Positions 48,126 to 62,384 of a DNA stretch of 64,000 bases are shown one piece after another; positions within the stretch are counted from its first letter, which is position 1; every line of letters starts with the position of its first letter. Below the pieces are notes generated by a model. That model was not told the DNA's origin. It saw only the letters and a list, made by a program, of their open reading frames with translations, and did not search any database. The DNA is from the human T2T-CHM13v2.0 reference genome, Homo sapiens. The translations under genes and the position numbers were made by a program. The DNA lies in NCBI RefSeq assembly GCF_009914755.1, contig NC_060928.1; one strand, written 5' to 3'.

Positions 48126-48619
48126 ATCACTAACTTTCTTTGGACTTTCAACCTTTCAGTATCCTCAAGTGTTGAATATGCAGATTTTGACATATGAGCT
48201 CCAATTCCCTTCTAACTCCACAATTTCATGATTTTCTTCTTTGGCTAGGCCTATGGCACTCAAAGGGAGCATAGTCAAAGAGTAGGGGTAGAGTCTGCTG
48301 GAATCTTCTGTTTCCCAGCCTCTTACTAATTTATATTCAGTTCAATGACTCTTTCTTGGAAAGCAGAGTATGTGATGTTTCTGCATATTCCAGTGCACAA
48401 TAAGTAGCTTTTTGAATAATAAAATTACCATTAGCTGGCTCATAAACTAGTGTTTAAAACAAAACAACCATTCGGACCAAAACAAAAACAAAAATTCCCC
48501 TTGCTGTTACTTAAGTTGACTTACTGAATCCTGATTAGGAAGTTCAGCCTAAAGAGTCCTCTAGGAACAATATTAGATGACTAAAAAAGAGTCAAAGTCC
48601 CAGGAAATCAACCGCTGGT

Positions 48620-48860
48620 GCTCTAATGGAAGGGCCAAAGGCTTTGGATTAAGAACTGAGTTTGAATTCTGTCTCTTAACCAATTTGCTAAATTTTAGCA
48701 ACCACATAATCTCTAAAATGTCAGTTTCCTTATATTTAAACAGGGATGATAGTTACTCCTTCATAAGATTTTTTGGAAAGAATTAACTATGTTAACCACA
48801 TAAAGTGATGTAACATGCCCACACTTGTTAGGTAAACACATAAGAGGTGTTTAATAATTG
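48620..48860 (+). mobile_element. MIR
   Basis: GGCTTTGGA...TGAGTTTGAATTCTGTCTC...TCAGTTTCCTTATATTTAAACAGGGATGATA. Confidence 0.65.
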
Positions 48861-49639
48861 TTATTTTTTCTCTGGCCTATATGTTATATCCTAATCTCAT
48901 TAAGTACCACCAGATGGCATAACCATTGAAAAAAGTATATTTACAATATTTGAAAGAAAATAATATTTTATAAAAGAAACTTAAAATAGCCACTCTACCT
49001 GGTGTGAAAGCCCCAAGACAGAATTGGTGAAATTTTCTTTCCTGGCTCATATCTGATTCTTTGTCATTCTTTTATATAATCATTGACTAAACTACTGAAT
49101 GCCTTCTCTCCAGTTTCTCCCCAAGGCTGGGATGCCTAGGGTGGTGTAATAGAATTTACCAATATCTAGTGTCCTCCCTGCAAGAGAATGATGCTTTTCT
49201 ACCAGTTGAACTCAAGTGAGTTCATGTAACTTTCTTTAGCCAGATAAATAAGATCTAGCATATCCTGTAGTACGTTCCTCATTTCCTCCACCACTGAAGC
49301 TGTGAGTGTTTCATATAATGGGAGTAAAGGTGATGACAATGCAGAGTAGGGTCCTCAGCCTAGGATCACAAACCAGGGGCAAAGTATACACCTTTTTTTC
49401 TTTTAACCACTGAGATGTTTGGGTTATTTTTATCTCTGCTGACTGACACATATGGCAAGTTTTATAAACAGTATTTAAGAAAGGGTCTCATTTATGATAT
49501 CAACTCATTTATGACTATATTACCAATATGAGGGACCAATTGAAAGAGACAAAGTGACTCGTGCAGAATGTTAAAGAAATTAGCCAAAGCTTACTTCGTA
49601 TTTTGAATCTTATATCCACTTGGAGAGTCTAAAAGATTA

Positions 49640-49771
49640 TTTTGTTATTTATTTATATATTTGGTGTTTAGATATGGTCTCGCTATGTTGCCCAGACTGG
49701 TTTTGAACTCCTGGGCTCAGGTGATCCTCCCAGATTAACTTCCCTAGTAACTGGGACTATGGGTGCCTGGC
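49640..49771 (-). mobile_element. FLAM (Alu monomer)
   Basis: GGTCTCGCTATGTTGCCCAGACTGG...CTCCTGGGCTCAGGTGATCCTCCC; TSD-like CTAAAAGAT(T/C)ATTTTT. Confidence 0.85.
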
Positions 49772-50188
49772 TAAAAGATCATTTTTAAAGAAGCATAATT
49801 TTGTGAAGTGATCAATGAAGAGATTTATTTGGAGATAGCAGTTGCCTTGCTGTGTTTTGCCGCCCCATCCCATACATTTTCAGGGGAGGGGGTGGGTGTG
49901 TTGCTACCTTCTGACACTAAGGCTAGCTAGAGAGCTTCAAGAAGGGATACTTGGAATGCCTTGAAATGTATTTGCTGAAGTTGAGAGACGCAAAGGATTG
50001 AGGCCTGAATCCTACCTGTGAAAGATGGAATGGATTGCTGATTGGGATCTGACTTATGTCTGGGAAATATAGAGAGCAAGAAAAATACTAATTGGTGGCT
50101 GAGTGAGGAGAGCACTACTGCATCGGGATCTGCTGGTCTTAAGTCTTGCGGTTTGTCTGGACAAGAGATGCATTTGTATATTTGGAAA

Positions 50189-51008
50189 TGTAAACCAAAA
50201 ATAAAATTCTAAGGCCCCGCAATCATCTGAATGGACTTCCTTTTGGGCATGGCACTCTAAAATTTAACCTGAAAGACTGGCTCAGACCATGACAGGAAGT
50301 GGGGGCCAAATATGCCTCATTATACCCTCTAGCATTAACATCAACACAGACCTTATGTCTGATAAGAAACATTTACATTCCTTTCTATTGATAATAACTC
50401 TTTTGGCCAGGTGCAGTGGCTCACGCCTGTTATCCCAGCACTTTGGGAGGCTGTGGTGGGCGGATCACCTGAGGTTGGGAGTTTGAAACCAGCCTGCCCA
50501 ACATGGAGAAAACCTGTCTCTACTAAAAATACAAAATTAGCCGGACGTGGTGGTGCAGGCCTGTAGTCCCAGCTACTCGGGAGGCTGAGGCAGGATAATC
50601 ACTTGAACCCGGGAGGCAGAGGTTGTGGTGAGCCAAGATCAAGCATTGTACTCCAGCCTGGGCAACAAGAGTGAGACTCTGTCTCAAAAAAACAAAACAA
50701 AACAAAAATACAAAACTCTTTCAACCAATTGCCAATCAGAAAATTTTTAAATTTACCTATAACCTGGAAGTACCCCCTCCACCCTGCTTTGAGTTGTCCT
50801 GCCTTCCTGGACCAAACCAATGTTTATCTTAAATGTATTTGATTGATGTCTCTTGTCTCCCTAAAATGTATGAAACCAGCTGCACCCGACCACCTTGGGC
50901 ACATGTTCTCAGGATCTCCTGAAGGCTATGTCACAGGCCATGGTTACTCGTATTTGGCTCAGAATAAATCTCTTCAAGTATTTTTCATTGTGATGCTTTT
51001 TGTCAACA
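50189..51008 (+). mobile_element. MER4B-type ERV1 solo LTR split by Alu
   Basis: TGTAAACCAAAAATAAAATTCTAAG ... GGCTCAGAATAAATCTCTTC ... TGTCAACA. Confidence 0.88.
50405..50713 (+). mobile_element. AluSp-like
   Basis: AACATGGAGAAA, GGTTGTGGTGAGC, GGCAACAAGAG; TSD AACTCTTT. Confidence 0.93.
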
Positions 51009-54000
51009 GAACACTAGAGAGAGTCAGTAGGATGAAAGAAGTGTTGGGAGTACATTGTGTGTCCCACTAGATATGGCCTCATGGAAGGGCAAGGAGGTCT
51101 CAGCAGAAGGGGCTATAGTCCTGGGATGCCCTGGCATTAAAATGACCACACAGAAGAGAGGTTCATCTGTCAAGATGAAAGGAGCTTCAGGAGAAAGGGG
51201 CTCAGCAGAGAACCTAGGAAGATCCCTCAAGAGCAACTCACGAGATGAATGGTCAGTTTTGAATTACCATCATGGTCAGGGTGCAGAATTGCCCAGGTAA
51301 TAAAGTACTGTATTACCTCTTACTTTTTTCCTCCCTCCACTCTTTTGACCTTGCTAGGTTAAACAACTGCTAGTTTCTTGGGGGAGGAGGTGATCAGGAA
51401 GAGAGCGAATGGCAAAGGGGCTGTGCCCCCACCTTCCCACTGTGGGAAAGGGGCAGGGACAAGGGGTGTGTTTGCGTGGCTGTGTAGGGTATGCCCTCAA
51501 CATTGACTATAGTGTTCTCTGAATTCCCCTGAACTTTTGAGATGGGGCTGAAATTCAGCCAATGTTACATTGGCCAAGTTCTCTCACCTGGCTGGGGATT
51601 CTGGGTCTGCTCAGAGGAAAGGGCACTTTTTTCTAATTTGTGCAGAGACACCATATTTGCTTACAGAGACTCTGGAGAGAAGACTAATAGGAAATTAAAG
51701 TCAAATATTTTATTCATATCATAAAATGGACATTATAACTTCCAAACTGAGACTCAGTTCCTGACTATAGTGTCATCTGTAAGTAGGCAAAAAAAGTCAT
51801 TTGACATGCTAGAATGATCACTGGAAGGAAGAGGAAGGTTACTAAAATTGACTATATTTTAAAAGGACAGAGGAGGACAAAAGTAAAATGTACTTGATTA
51901 TAATCTGTACTGCGTGCTTGGTCGATGTATTGTTAACATGTAAACACAGAGAAAGATGCAGAGGTACAGTGATGAGAAAAAGAAGAGAGAAAAGAGAGAG
52001 GGAGAAAGAGACTGAGCAAGACAGAGCCCTCTGTCCTCTTCACTCTCTTTCCACCTCTTCTCCCCTTCCCCCACCAAGGTGGCCTTTTAGAACAATAAGT
52101 TACCAAGTTAGTGCAACATTATAGGAGGAAGGTGATCAATATAACCAAAAGAGAAGCTTTTTTTTTTGTTTTTGGTGGTACTTTGTGTTTTGTTGTTATT
52201 GTATTGACATAGTTTTCTTGTATTTGCTCCAATCTGAATAATGTAGGAACCCACTACTATGATGTCAGGATAAAACAACAAATTTATCACTCTAGCCTTG
52301 ATTTCAAGGTATTACAGAAATATGGAACTATGACCCACAGGTCAGAGTAGAGGACTAGCCAAAGAAAGAGGAATGGAGACCAAGGGGGAAATTGCTCCTA
52401 GGCACTCATTCAAGTTGGGTTCCGTCCAGACTCTAAGGCAATCCATTGGGATCAGTAACTAATTACTTTGCACCATCCTCTGGATTCTGAATTTCGCTGT
52501 GATTATTGACTGTGAATACTGTTATTTCTGATAATGGACAATAACTACATATTCTTCTAGAAGTTTCTGATATAGATACATAGATTAAATAGATATAGAG
52601 TACGGAAATTTAGATACAGATACACAGATATTTTTAAGGCACTTATTAATATTTGCTTTATTTCTGTTTTCTCTACCAAATAAAGCAGAGTTCTCTTCAA
52701 TTCAGTTCACCATTGAGTTTGTGATACTGCTGCGTGAAAAATGAGCATACACGAGCAGAATTTAGTTAGGAGCATGGGTTGCAATCAGCTAAGGTGGGCA
52801 ATCAGTTTCTCTGGACCCATACCTATTTGCAAAAGGCAAACTCCTCTATTCAAATTAGGATGCCTCGGTGGAAGGGAAGGTTGAAAATGGGTACCAAAGA
52901 AGATTCTAGGTTTTATTATGTCTGTTGCTTTTAGAGTAGAAATTTGTGATAGGAGAGAAACAATATGTATACTAAACATGTGAAAAAGTAAAATCATTTC
53001 AGATTTGGGATGGAAGGAGAAGCTGAGGAATCCCCTGGCAGCTGAAATGAGGGAAGATGCAGATAGATTTGGAAGGGAAGATAATGACTTTACTGCTATA
53101 TTGAAGTGCTCTGGAATCTTAAATTATGTATATTTCTATAAGTTTGACTTCTACCCATTGACAGAGTGTTCATATCTATGTGTCCTGTTAGTTTGCTCTT
53201 TTAGCTGGCTGTTTATCTTTTATTAAAATATCAGGTGGCTGACAGTGTCATAGTCAGTGAAGCCTCAGCCAAAAGCCTGAGTATATTTTCAACAGATGAT
53301 ATTTAGATTAAACAGGAATGGGCATGGGTCAGTGATGAGGGGTCTACCTCACCTATAGGAATGGCATCGGTGGGAGCAGGGGTGCTACCAATTCAAGTGA
53401 GGGCTGACAAGGCAGCACAAACTTAGAATCTTCCAGGCTTATATTATTAATCATAGTATCTGATCTGGGGGCTGGGCCTTTGTGACAGGAATCTCCTGGC
53501 AACATACTTATACATAGGAGTCAGGCAGCAAGCACTTTTTTTCTTCCAGGAATTCACTCTTGTTTGAAGCAAACCCAGTGGCATTGACTATGGGCATAAT
53601 AAATACTCCCCACAGAAGAACTGAGATAGAATCTAGGTTGTGAAAGCCACAGCAAAAAGCCTCAGCTTCCTAGGAATTTTCTTGTCCTAGCAGGGGAATT
53701 GAAATACTAATCAGTGATTGGGAAGAAACCCACTTCTCTGGCAGGTCCTCATTACTGGAAGGATGGGAGAAAGAAGGGTGGGTAACAAATGCTTGTAGCT
53801 TTCTGGGTTTGGAGTAGCCTGGGCTTGTGAGATTAATTCCAAAATCCATCTACTCTCCAATGTTCCAAGTATGAATATGATTATCTCTGAAAATTCTGAA
53901 AGACAAAGGCTGAAGTTTGGAGTTTGAGCATATGCATTTTTTTTTTTAATACCTGGAGTTGAGCAGGTCTAGGAAAACCAGGAAGATACAGGGTACATCA

Positions 54001-56009
54001 AGGATTGGGCTGAAAAATAATGTGGGTAGTATCCAAGGACATGTTTCCTACATTTTGTACTGGAAGTTGCTGAAAAGAGTGCCAGTTCACACAAATGCAA
54101 GAGCCAAATTCTTAAACATTGAACTTTGAAATGCTCTGGGGGGAAAATCTCTAAAGATACTATTTTCTAACAAAGCACAGCCTTTTGATTTTTAACTTCG
54201 ATCTAAGAAAGGGGCACAATGGGTGAATAAGACTCCTTCTAGCCTTACTTACAGTTCCCAGTAGACAATTCCCCACCCCACCTTGTGAATTACAAAGCAG
54301 AACTTTCCCCCATCAATTACCAATTAGATTCAGCAACAGACTCGCCAGAATAGAAATGCACTTTCCCCCTTTGTCCTTCACCAAGGAGCTGAGAGGTCCT
54401 GTACAGATAAGTACCAGATGAGCTATTGAGGAGTACTAGGCATTTAAAGTCATACATGAGTGACTTAAAGGTTGCTGATATTCCACATTTTGGCTTTACA
54501 TATTAAAAAACATTTTAAATTTATGTGCTCAGAAATTTTTCTTCCAGAAACACAGCTTATTTGGTTGGCCCTTTAAAAACTTTGAGCAAAAATATAACAA
54601 CTCAATCAGTACAGCACCCATTTCAGTCTAATGTTCTGAATCGCCAAACTAGGAGAACTAAGTGTGCTTTTAAACTTGGAAAATATGTTCTCCACTATTT
54701 AACCTAAATGCCACTATAATTATAACCATCTCAAACTTATGCTTATAATTCTTTCTGCAAGATACACAATTAAAATAAAGTGGTAATCTAAACAAGGAAA
54801 ATAAAATGGAACCCTGCAATTACATAGTCAGACTTTTCTCATGTTAGCACGGAAAGAAGAAAGGCATTATTTAATTAAAATACCAAATGCCATGAGGAAA
54901 AACCAAGTATACCGTAAGTACAGAAGACAGAAGACAAAATCACATGTCTAATACTTGACATTATGTATAAATATGAATTATACCCCAAAGAAATACTCCT
55001 ATTCTCCATGGTAACCATTAGTGAATGTATTTTATATACAGCATTTAAAAACCTTAGCATGGGGACAAAAATGTTGCCTGCAGCTGAACGGTAGCTCCTT
55101 TGTCAGCCAGACATGACCTCCTTGGCACATTGGATCCACAGCCTGTTGTGTTAAGCCCAGCCTGAATCAGAAGATTCATTTGAGCATTTGAGATTACAAA
55201 TTATGATTGCAATACCATCTTAAAATGTCTTTTGTATTTCCATTACCCAAACAAGAGCAGCATATTGAAAACAAAATAAGTCTGGAAGTAATATTAAATA
55301 GTCACTTTTAATCCTCTTAACAATAATTATCTGTAGGAATAAGCCATGTAAATTTAAATATTAATTTAAGAGTGCTAGTGAAGTTTTTGCTAGACTTATA
55401 AGCTAGCATTCTATTTGATATTAAGTTGTTATTATAAGTGAACTTGATGAATTATAACTTCCTGATTATCTGCAGGGGAGTCTGCCCAAACCATTGCCAA
55501 TTTGTAGTTAATATTTATTTAATAAGTAAGTAGAATATATTCCATTTCTAAAATTACCATGTTTGTACCATAAAATGAAGAACCCATGTATATCTGAATA
55601 TAAGGAGTAAATATGAAAAACCTTATTCAATGTATCAATAAGAATCATGACTAATAGGAACAACTTATTATTGAGATAAATGTAATGAGCCTGCCCAGCC
55701 ATATAACCCATATATATTTACAGATTTAAAATATCTTAAAAATGTTAATGTATTTATGCCATATATACTTATACACACAAAAGTGATATCATTAATTACT
55801 TCATTTAAAAATATTTACTTATAAAGATGCAGACTATCTTACACTTATCACGTTAAGCACTTGAATACAAACATAATACACTAGGCTTTCTGTAGGATAA
55901 AAGGAAGCTATAAAAACAAGATTCCTGGCTACCAGCAGAATTTTAGGCTTCAGTTGGAAATACAAGATTCTGATTTAAGAACAACTGCTTGTATCCTGCC
56001 TACAGTATG

Positions 56010-57230
56010 TGACTGTGTTGATCCTCTTCTTCCCTATTGATATCTTCTTTGGTTTATAAAGCAATATATCCTTCTGCTGTAGGATATTACCCCTGTCATG
56101 CATGGCTTTTTTTTTTTCTTTTCTTCAGGATTTTTTCTTCTTTTCATGACCTTTTTATATTAGTTGTCCCAAGTTTCTGGCCCCAGTTTTCTTCTCTTTT
56201 TTATGGCACACACTCATGCAGTTTCCATGCCTAGGCTGTTAAACTCATGTCTATATTTTCAGCTCAAATCTTTCCGTTGAGACATGATGCCTACTGGAAA
56301 AGCTAACTGCTTCACAACACTTCAAACTTAATATGTGTAAAATCAAATCCTTAATTTTACTGACCTTTTAGCCAGACACTTTTCCTTCCCTTTTTATTTC
56401 CTATCTCAATTAATGAAACCACTATGCACCTAGCTGAATAAGCTGGAATCATGCAGCTTTGACATCACCTGCCCTCACCATTCATGCACCATCTCTCATC
56501 AGTTTTGCATCTTTGATGGTTCTCATTAGTGTCCATTACTTCCCATCCCCTTTACCAGACAGCCTTAATTAAAGTCTTTATAATGTCTTACTTGGCTGAT
56601 TGAATATTTTCAGCCTTCTAGGCTGTTCACTCCAAGACATAATAATGCCAGAATGATCTTCCTAAAATGCAAATATTATCATGCCACTTCTTTGTTTTGC
56701 ATATTGTGTAGGTCATCAAATCTTTAAGGATAAGTCCAAAATTCATTAGTCTGTAATAGAAACCTCTTCATATCCAGTTTGCAACTCTACCTTAATTTCT
56801 GGCCACCCAGCATCTTCAACTCTACTTCCATAAATACAATGTTACAGTCCCATATACACTGGCCTCCATGTCTTTGCACACATTCCTCAGTCGTCTAGTT
56901 CCCATTTCCTTTTCCACCCTCATTAACTTTCTCTCTTTCCACCTGTTTTCAATACACACATATATACACACCATTGAATAAATACATAGATAAATACAAT
57001 TATTTCCTCAATTTCTTCAAAATTGGCTCAAAGTCTTAGAGAAGATTATCCAGTGACAAAACCACCCAAGACTGGAGAGTCTATTAAGCACTCACACAAT
57101 CAGGTGCATACCTCCTCTAAAGCCATTTTCATAGTGAATATTAATAAACTGCTTTTATTTTTTTACTATACCTCCCTCTAAACTGCAAAGTTGTTAGAAC
57201 AGTTCTTGATATGTAGAAAGAGTTCACATT
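56010..57230 (+). mobile_element. L2 LINE fragment
   Basis: Pyrimidine-rich L2 body (CAAACTTAATATGTGTAAAATCAAA, GCCAGAATGATCTTCCTAAAATGCAAAT). Confidence 0.7.
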
Positions 57231-57440
57231 GGTACTTCTAATTATTAAGCAGAAGATCTTGGTATAAAAAATTTTTAAAAAACAGTTCTATTTAAAATAG
57301 ATGGCAGAGATCAAGGCGATGATGTTTGTTAATTTTTATTGAAGAAAGAAATGGTTTTGTTTTAGTTTCAAGAGTAACAAAGTAGTAGCTCTTTATCATA
57401 TATTCAGCACAAACATGTAAGTACTAGAATAAATTCTTTT

Positions 57441-57720
57441 TTTCCTTTTTTTTTTTTTTTTTTGATGGAGTCTTGCTCTGTCACCAGAGCTGGAGTGCAG
57501 TGGTATGATCTCAGTTCACTGCAACCTCTGCCCCTGGGTTCAAGTGATTTGATTCTCCTACTTCAGCCTCCTGAGTAGCTGGGACTACAGGCGTGTGCCA
57601 CGATGCCCAGCTAATTTTTGTATTTTTAGTAGAGACAGGGTTTTACCATGTTGGCCAGGATGGTCTTGATCTCTTTACCTCATGATCTGACTGCCTCGGC
57701 CTCCCAAAGTGCTGGGTTTA
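57441..57720 (-). mobile_element. AluSc-like, slightly 5'-truncated
   Basis: TTGGCCAGGATGGTCTTGATCTCTT; TSD GAATAAATTCTTTT (57427-57440 / 57731-57744). Confidence 0.93.
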
Positions 57721-59103
57721 TGTACTCAGTGAATAAATTCTTTTCAAATTGACATTAATTTATATTTTATATTTAAGGTTTATTATAAGCAATAATTTAC
57801 ATATACTTCTTAAAACTTTAGTTGGTAACTTTGCTCCTAAAACTTGTTAGTAGCTCCAACTTATTAAAACTAAAATCCAAAGTCTTTGCAGTGTTTAGTG
57901 CCAGCCCATTCCCTCTCTGATTATATCTCCTTCCACATAGTATCCTTTCAATACATGTTATAGAATGAATAAACTTTTGAATATATTTTTGGAATTCTCA
58001 GAAAGGCTATGTATGGAGTTGTATTGAGGCATTCCTCAGATAAAATAATTGCTCCTGTTCTCCAAGGATCTCATTTGCTGCTGGTTTCAGGCATCTATTT
58101 AGCATGATGCTGTCTTAGGTATTTCCTTTGCAATATAAAAATCATCTCAAAACAAGAATTCCAAAATACATGTTTTGTAAATTTCCTGTGCACTATGTAA
58201 TTACTATGGAGAAAGCATATGTTGGGAATGAAAATACTTTAAGTTTAGACCCTAAATTTACGGCATAATTATATGTTTGGTTTTCTAGAAACTGATAAAA
58301 TGAATATTGAAGGCTATGTCAGGTATTTATTTGAAAATAGCATTGTACACTTTGGGAAATTCTTTATTTTAGGCTAATCACTTAGTAAAAGCATAAATTC
58401 TGAAACTCCAAAAGGAATATTGCAGACAATTAAGATAAATTTAGTTAGATGGAGGCAAAAAAAAATTAACCGTGGTCTTGCTATGGTATACTAGATATAT
58501 TGAAATTATAGTCTCTTGATTAAGCATAATGACTTTATTCTATGAGCTTCATTAACTAGGACTTTGCTATACATATTGTATAAAGGTATACATTGTTACC
58601 TGGTTAATCACTATCTCTTGTCTTAAAAATAAAATAAATTTTCCATCTCGATTAAATGTTTAAACAAAGAAATGTGCAATATACAGTCTATTTCTTTATA
58701 TTTCCTTTGGAGTCATTATATCACTTATGGTTTATTTTTCCCCTTTTTGTCAGCATCTATGTTCTTTTACGAGAAGGACCTGTTCTCAGGGTGGTAGTGT
58801 GGAAATGAACAATTAAAACAAGCCTTTCTTACTTTAGTATTTACTAATTAACTGAACACTTTCATCAGCAGATCTATGAAGCTTTCTTTCCTAAAGTTTT
58901 AAAGACTAGGCAATGTGAAAAAGAGACTCATGTGCAGTATGTTCTGGATGGAACAACTGGATTTGTTTTCATCTTATATGCAATAACATGGTGTAGAAAT
59001 CAATGAGGAGTGAAAGCATGGGTAATTAAAAGACGCTTCATTTTGATTTTATATGAAATGTTCTTATTCTATTAAAAAAATCCTGCCAATCTAACAAACG
59101 AGC

Positions 59104-59106
<3 letters not shown>

Positions 59107-59140
<34 letters not shown>
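59107..59140. repeat. (AC)17 microsatellite
   Basis: Perfect AC run. Confidence 0.97.
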
Positions 59141-59145
<5 letters not shown>

Positions 59146-59290
59146 TCATGTGAATTAGAAAGGTGCTCATGTTAGTGCAAACAATGAATATCAATTCAAA
59201 ATAAGCTTAATGCAAATAAGAATCATGCAATGAAATGATTCACTTTAAAACAAAAAATGTCAACATGCCTTTCCCTTATTAAAGCACTTC

Positions 59291-59640
59291 AGCCTGGCAT
59301 GGTGGCTCACGTCTGTAATCTCAGCACTTTGGGAGGCCAAGGCGGGTGGATCACGAGGTCAGGAGTTCGAGACCAGCCTGGCCAAGACACCAGCCTGGCC
59401 AATATGGTGAAAACCCCGTCTCTACTGAAAATACAAAAATTAGCTGGGTGTGGTGGCAGGAGCCTGTACTCTCAGCTACTAGGGAGGATGAGGCAGGAAA
59501 ACCGTTTGAACCTGGGAGGTGGAGGTTGCAGTGAGGTGAGATCCCACCATCAAACTACAGCCTGGGCGACAGAGCGAGAGTACAACTCACAACAAACAAA
59601 CAAACAAACAAACAACAACAAAAAACACCAAAAAACAAAA
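59291..59640 (+). mobile_element. AluSg-like with internal 14-bp duplication and (CAAA)n tail
   Basis: GGATCACGAGGTCAGGAGTTCGAG; ACCAGCCTGGCCAA occurs twice (59372-59385, 59389-59402); TSD core CACTTC. Confidence 0.93.
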
Positions 59641-59885
59641 AAACACTTCAGTCGTTTACACTCTCAACATCTGACTCACCAGCCTCCTCTGCCAGTACTT
59701 CTTCCACTGTCTGGGCTCTAGGCTCAAAGATGTTTTCTCAGTACTTTAATGGGCTATGCTCCTCCCCACCATCTAATATGTTTCCTCTGCTTGAGATACA
59801 ATTTTTTCCCTCTTCGCTAATCCAATTTTTGCTCATATTTCAAAATTCCAAGTGAAGTATGAGAATTCTTTTGGATCACCTAGAA

Positions 59886-60098
59886 TAGTGGTTAGCGATT
59901 GAGGAAATTGCCACCACTTAGAAAATACCTAAGAACATGCAGAAATATTTTTTATTGTAAGAGTGACTCCAGGAAAGTGATACTGTCATTGAATGCTCAG
60001 CAACCAGGAATGCTAAATTATCCACAAAGGGAGGTTGATTTTGCACAAAAAATATTTTCTTTCAAAATGCAAATAATGATCCCCCTTGAGAAATAATG
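59886..60098. mobile_element. MER20-like hAT-Charlie relic
   Basis: AGTGGTT...ATATTTTTTATTGT...CCAGGAATGCTAAA...TTGAGAAATAATG. Confidence 0.5.
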
Positions 60099-61536
60099 AT
60101 CAAGAGAATAGATCAAGTCCTTTATCAAAAGTTCTAGTAGCTCCCTGATCTCTACTTTTATTGCAATCTTAAATAAATACTTTTATTAGTTATTTAATAT
60201 TAGGACAAATAAAATTATTTATTTTGGCAGGGATCTTTATTCCTGATGTTTCCTTCCATATGAAGAGAACTCAAATTTGTAACATTCTTCACCTACACCG
60301 TCCCTTTATTCATCCTCCCTCACAGGAGGGAAAGAACTTATTTGATTTGCAAATTTGGAAAATATAACCCAGGAATCCATTTAGCTTACTTCATCTCCTT
60401 TAATGGGCTGCCTGCCATTCCACTCTGCCTTGTGGGAAACTTTACAGTATTACTTGTGTCTTGGTGGGTAAATCTGCCTATTTGTGGGGTAAGATCAGCA
60501 AGTGAATTTGACTTTCTCCCTCAACTCCATCTTCTACCAGTAATAAATGTGATATTTGACTATCATTTAACATTCCTTTTTAAACTCTCAATTTGTTAGT
60601 CCCCCTAGGAAATCTCAACATTTTTTTAGGCTAGGCAACTTGTTAAAAAATAAATCACAGAGAGGAAAATGTCAGGGAGCAAAATAAAAACACCCCAACA
60701 CTGGCCAACGGGCAGGCACAGGTAGCCTGGCAAGCAGAAATGAGAACACAGCGACCTCAGCAAAGGCACAGCCCTTAACAAAGGTAAGAAAATCAGGCAG
60801 ACTATGGGCCTCAGCAAAACTGCTGGTTTTTAATGATGTAGATGTCTTCAAGGTTCACGATGTTGCAGGCAGAGCTTTTCCTAAACAGGCACAGGTGAAG
60901 CAAAGCTTCATGTGTGAGAGAAGACTTGGTAAGTTGCACTAGGCTGGTTCTCCAAAATTCCATTCTGAATTCAGGGCCAATAAAGAAGATCTGAATTGAC
61001 AATTTTTAATTTAATGTAGCTTATCATTTGGCTCAGGAATTGAAACTGGTGAAATAATTGCTGGGTGTGGTTCAGTGATTCGGTTACTATAACTGGGCCT
61101 GCAAGTGCTGCTTCTGCTCTGTTGGAACATTCCCAAGAACTTTATGAAAATCAGAAATGGAGAAATGGCAAAGTCTGCAGAAGCATGTGCCTGTGCAATT
61201 GAAGCATCAACAGCAGCTTCAATACAGAAACCTTCAATTCAGCTCAGAAGGTGGCGTATATGCTATAACAAATACAAGTACAGAATAGAAAACAATTCTT
61301 TGGGCACAGCTTTCTTAGTCCTTAGGAATTCTTTAAAGAGAGTCAGTGGCAGAAACAACTGCACACAGGTCTATGGTGCTGATTCACAAGAAATGGTGGT
61401 GGCTATGTTACTAGACAACCCTCACTGCAAATTCTGGATCGGATACTGAGAGGAAATAGAAGTTAAAAGATTTGGAAATATGCTGATTTGAAAAGAAAAA
61501 CACACATTTAAGACCACTTGACTGTGTCTATCACCA

Positions 61537-61839
61537 TTTTTTTTTTTTTTTTGAGACAGGTTCTTGCTCTGTAGCCCAGGCTGGTGTGCAGTGGCATGAT
61601 GTTGACTCACTACAGTTTCAAACTCCTGTGCTCAAACTATCTGCCCACCTCAGCCTCTAGCGTAGCTGGGACTATAGATGCACACCACCATACCTGGGTA
61701 ATTTGTTTTTGTATTGTTTTGGTAGAAACAAGGTCTTGTTATGTTGCCCAGGCTGGTCTCGATCTTCCAGCCTCAAGTGACCCTCCTGCCTCGGCCTCCC
61801 AAAGTGTTGGCATTACAGGTGTGAGCTACTGTGCTCAGC
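61537..61839 (-). mobile_element. AluJ
   Basis: ATGTTGCCCAGGCTGG, CTCCTGTGCTCAA; TSD TCT(A/G)TCACCATTTTT. Confidence 0.92.
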
Positions 61840-62384
61840 TTCTGTCACCATTTTTAAACTTTCTGAGATCTACTCTCTGAGAGAGAATATGGTAGACATA
61901 GGAAACTCCCACCCGCCCCACCCCCAGCCCTGATATGTCAAATGTATAGTGTGAAAATTAAATAGCTAGAAGTTTCTGTCAAGTTAAATTTACAGGTTAT
62001 GTGTTCTGGAAAACTTAACTAGTATTCCGATGAGGCTAAGCCCCAATACTTTTCCCCATTTACCCTCCTGTTCAAAGAGACACTTGAGGTTCTTCTGCAT
62101 TGTTTGGCCAAAATTGAGGGAAAGGTTTTTCACCTTATCCTCATTTGTTTCATATTTTATTATATCAGAGTTTCTGTCTTCTTTCAATCACATTGCAAAT
62201 CCTCTCATGTGCTGCATGAGAAAGATGACTGGACATAATTTGGGATGAGTGAAATTAGCCCTGGTAACAGAGCAGCCTTAGTGTTAATTTAATTTGTTCT
62301 GTGACAAACTGATAATCAGCTATACTAAAATTCATTCTCTTGTTATTCTATAATAACTGAATTCCCTATTTTACTTATGTGCCT

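Noticed and set aside
51050-53900. Possible very old LTR relics in purine-rich stretches
   Set aside because: Too degraded to assign family or boundaries by eye
59257-59721. 154-aa ORF (and similar ORFs at 1718, 24113, 39492, 43976, 61584)
   Set aside because: Alu-derived translations
61105-61449. 114-aa ORF in unique DNA
   Set aside because: GTG start, no recognisable homology or exon structure; length compatible with chance
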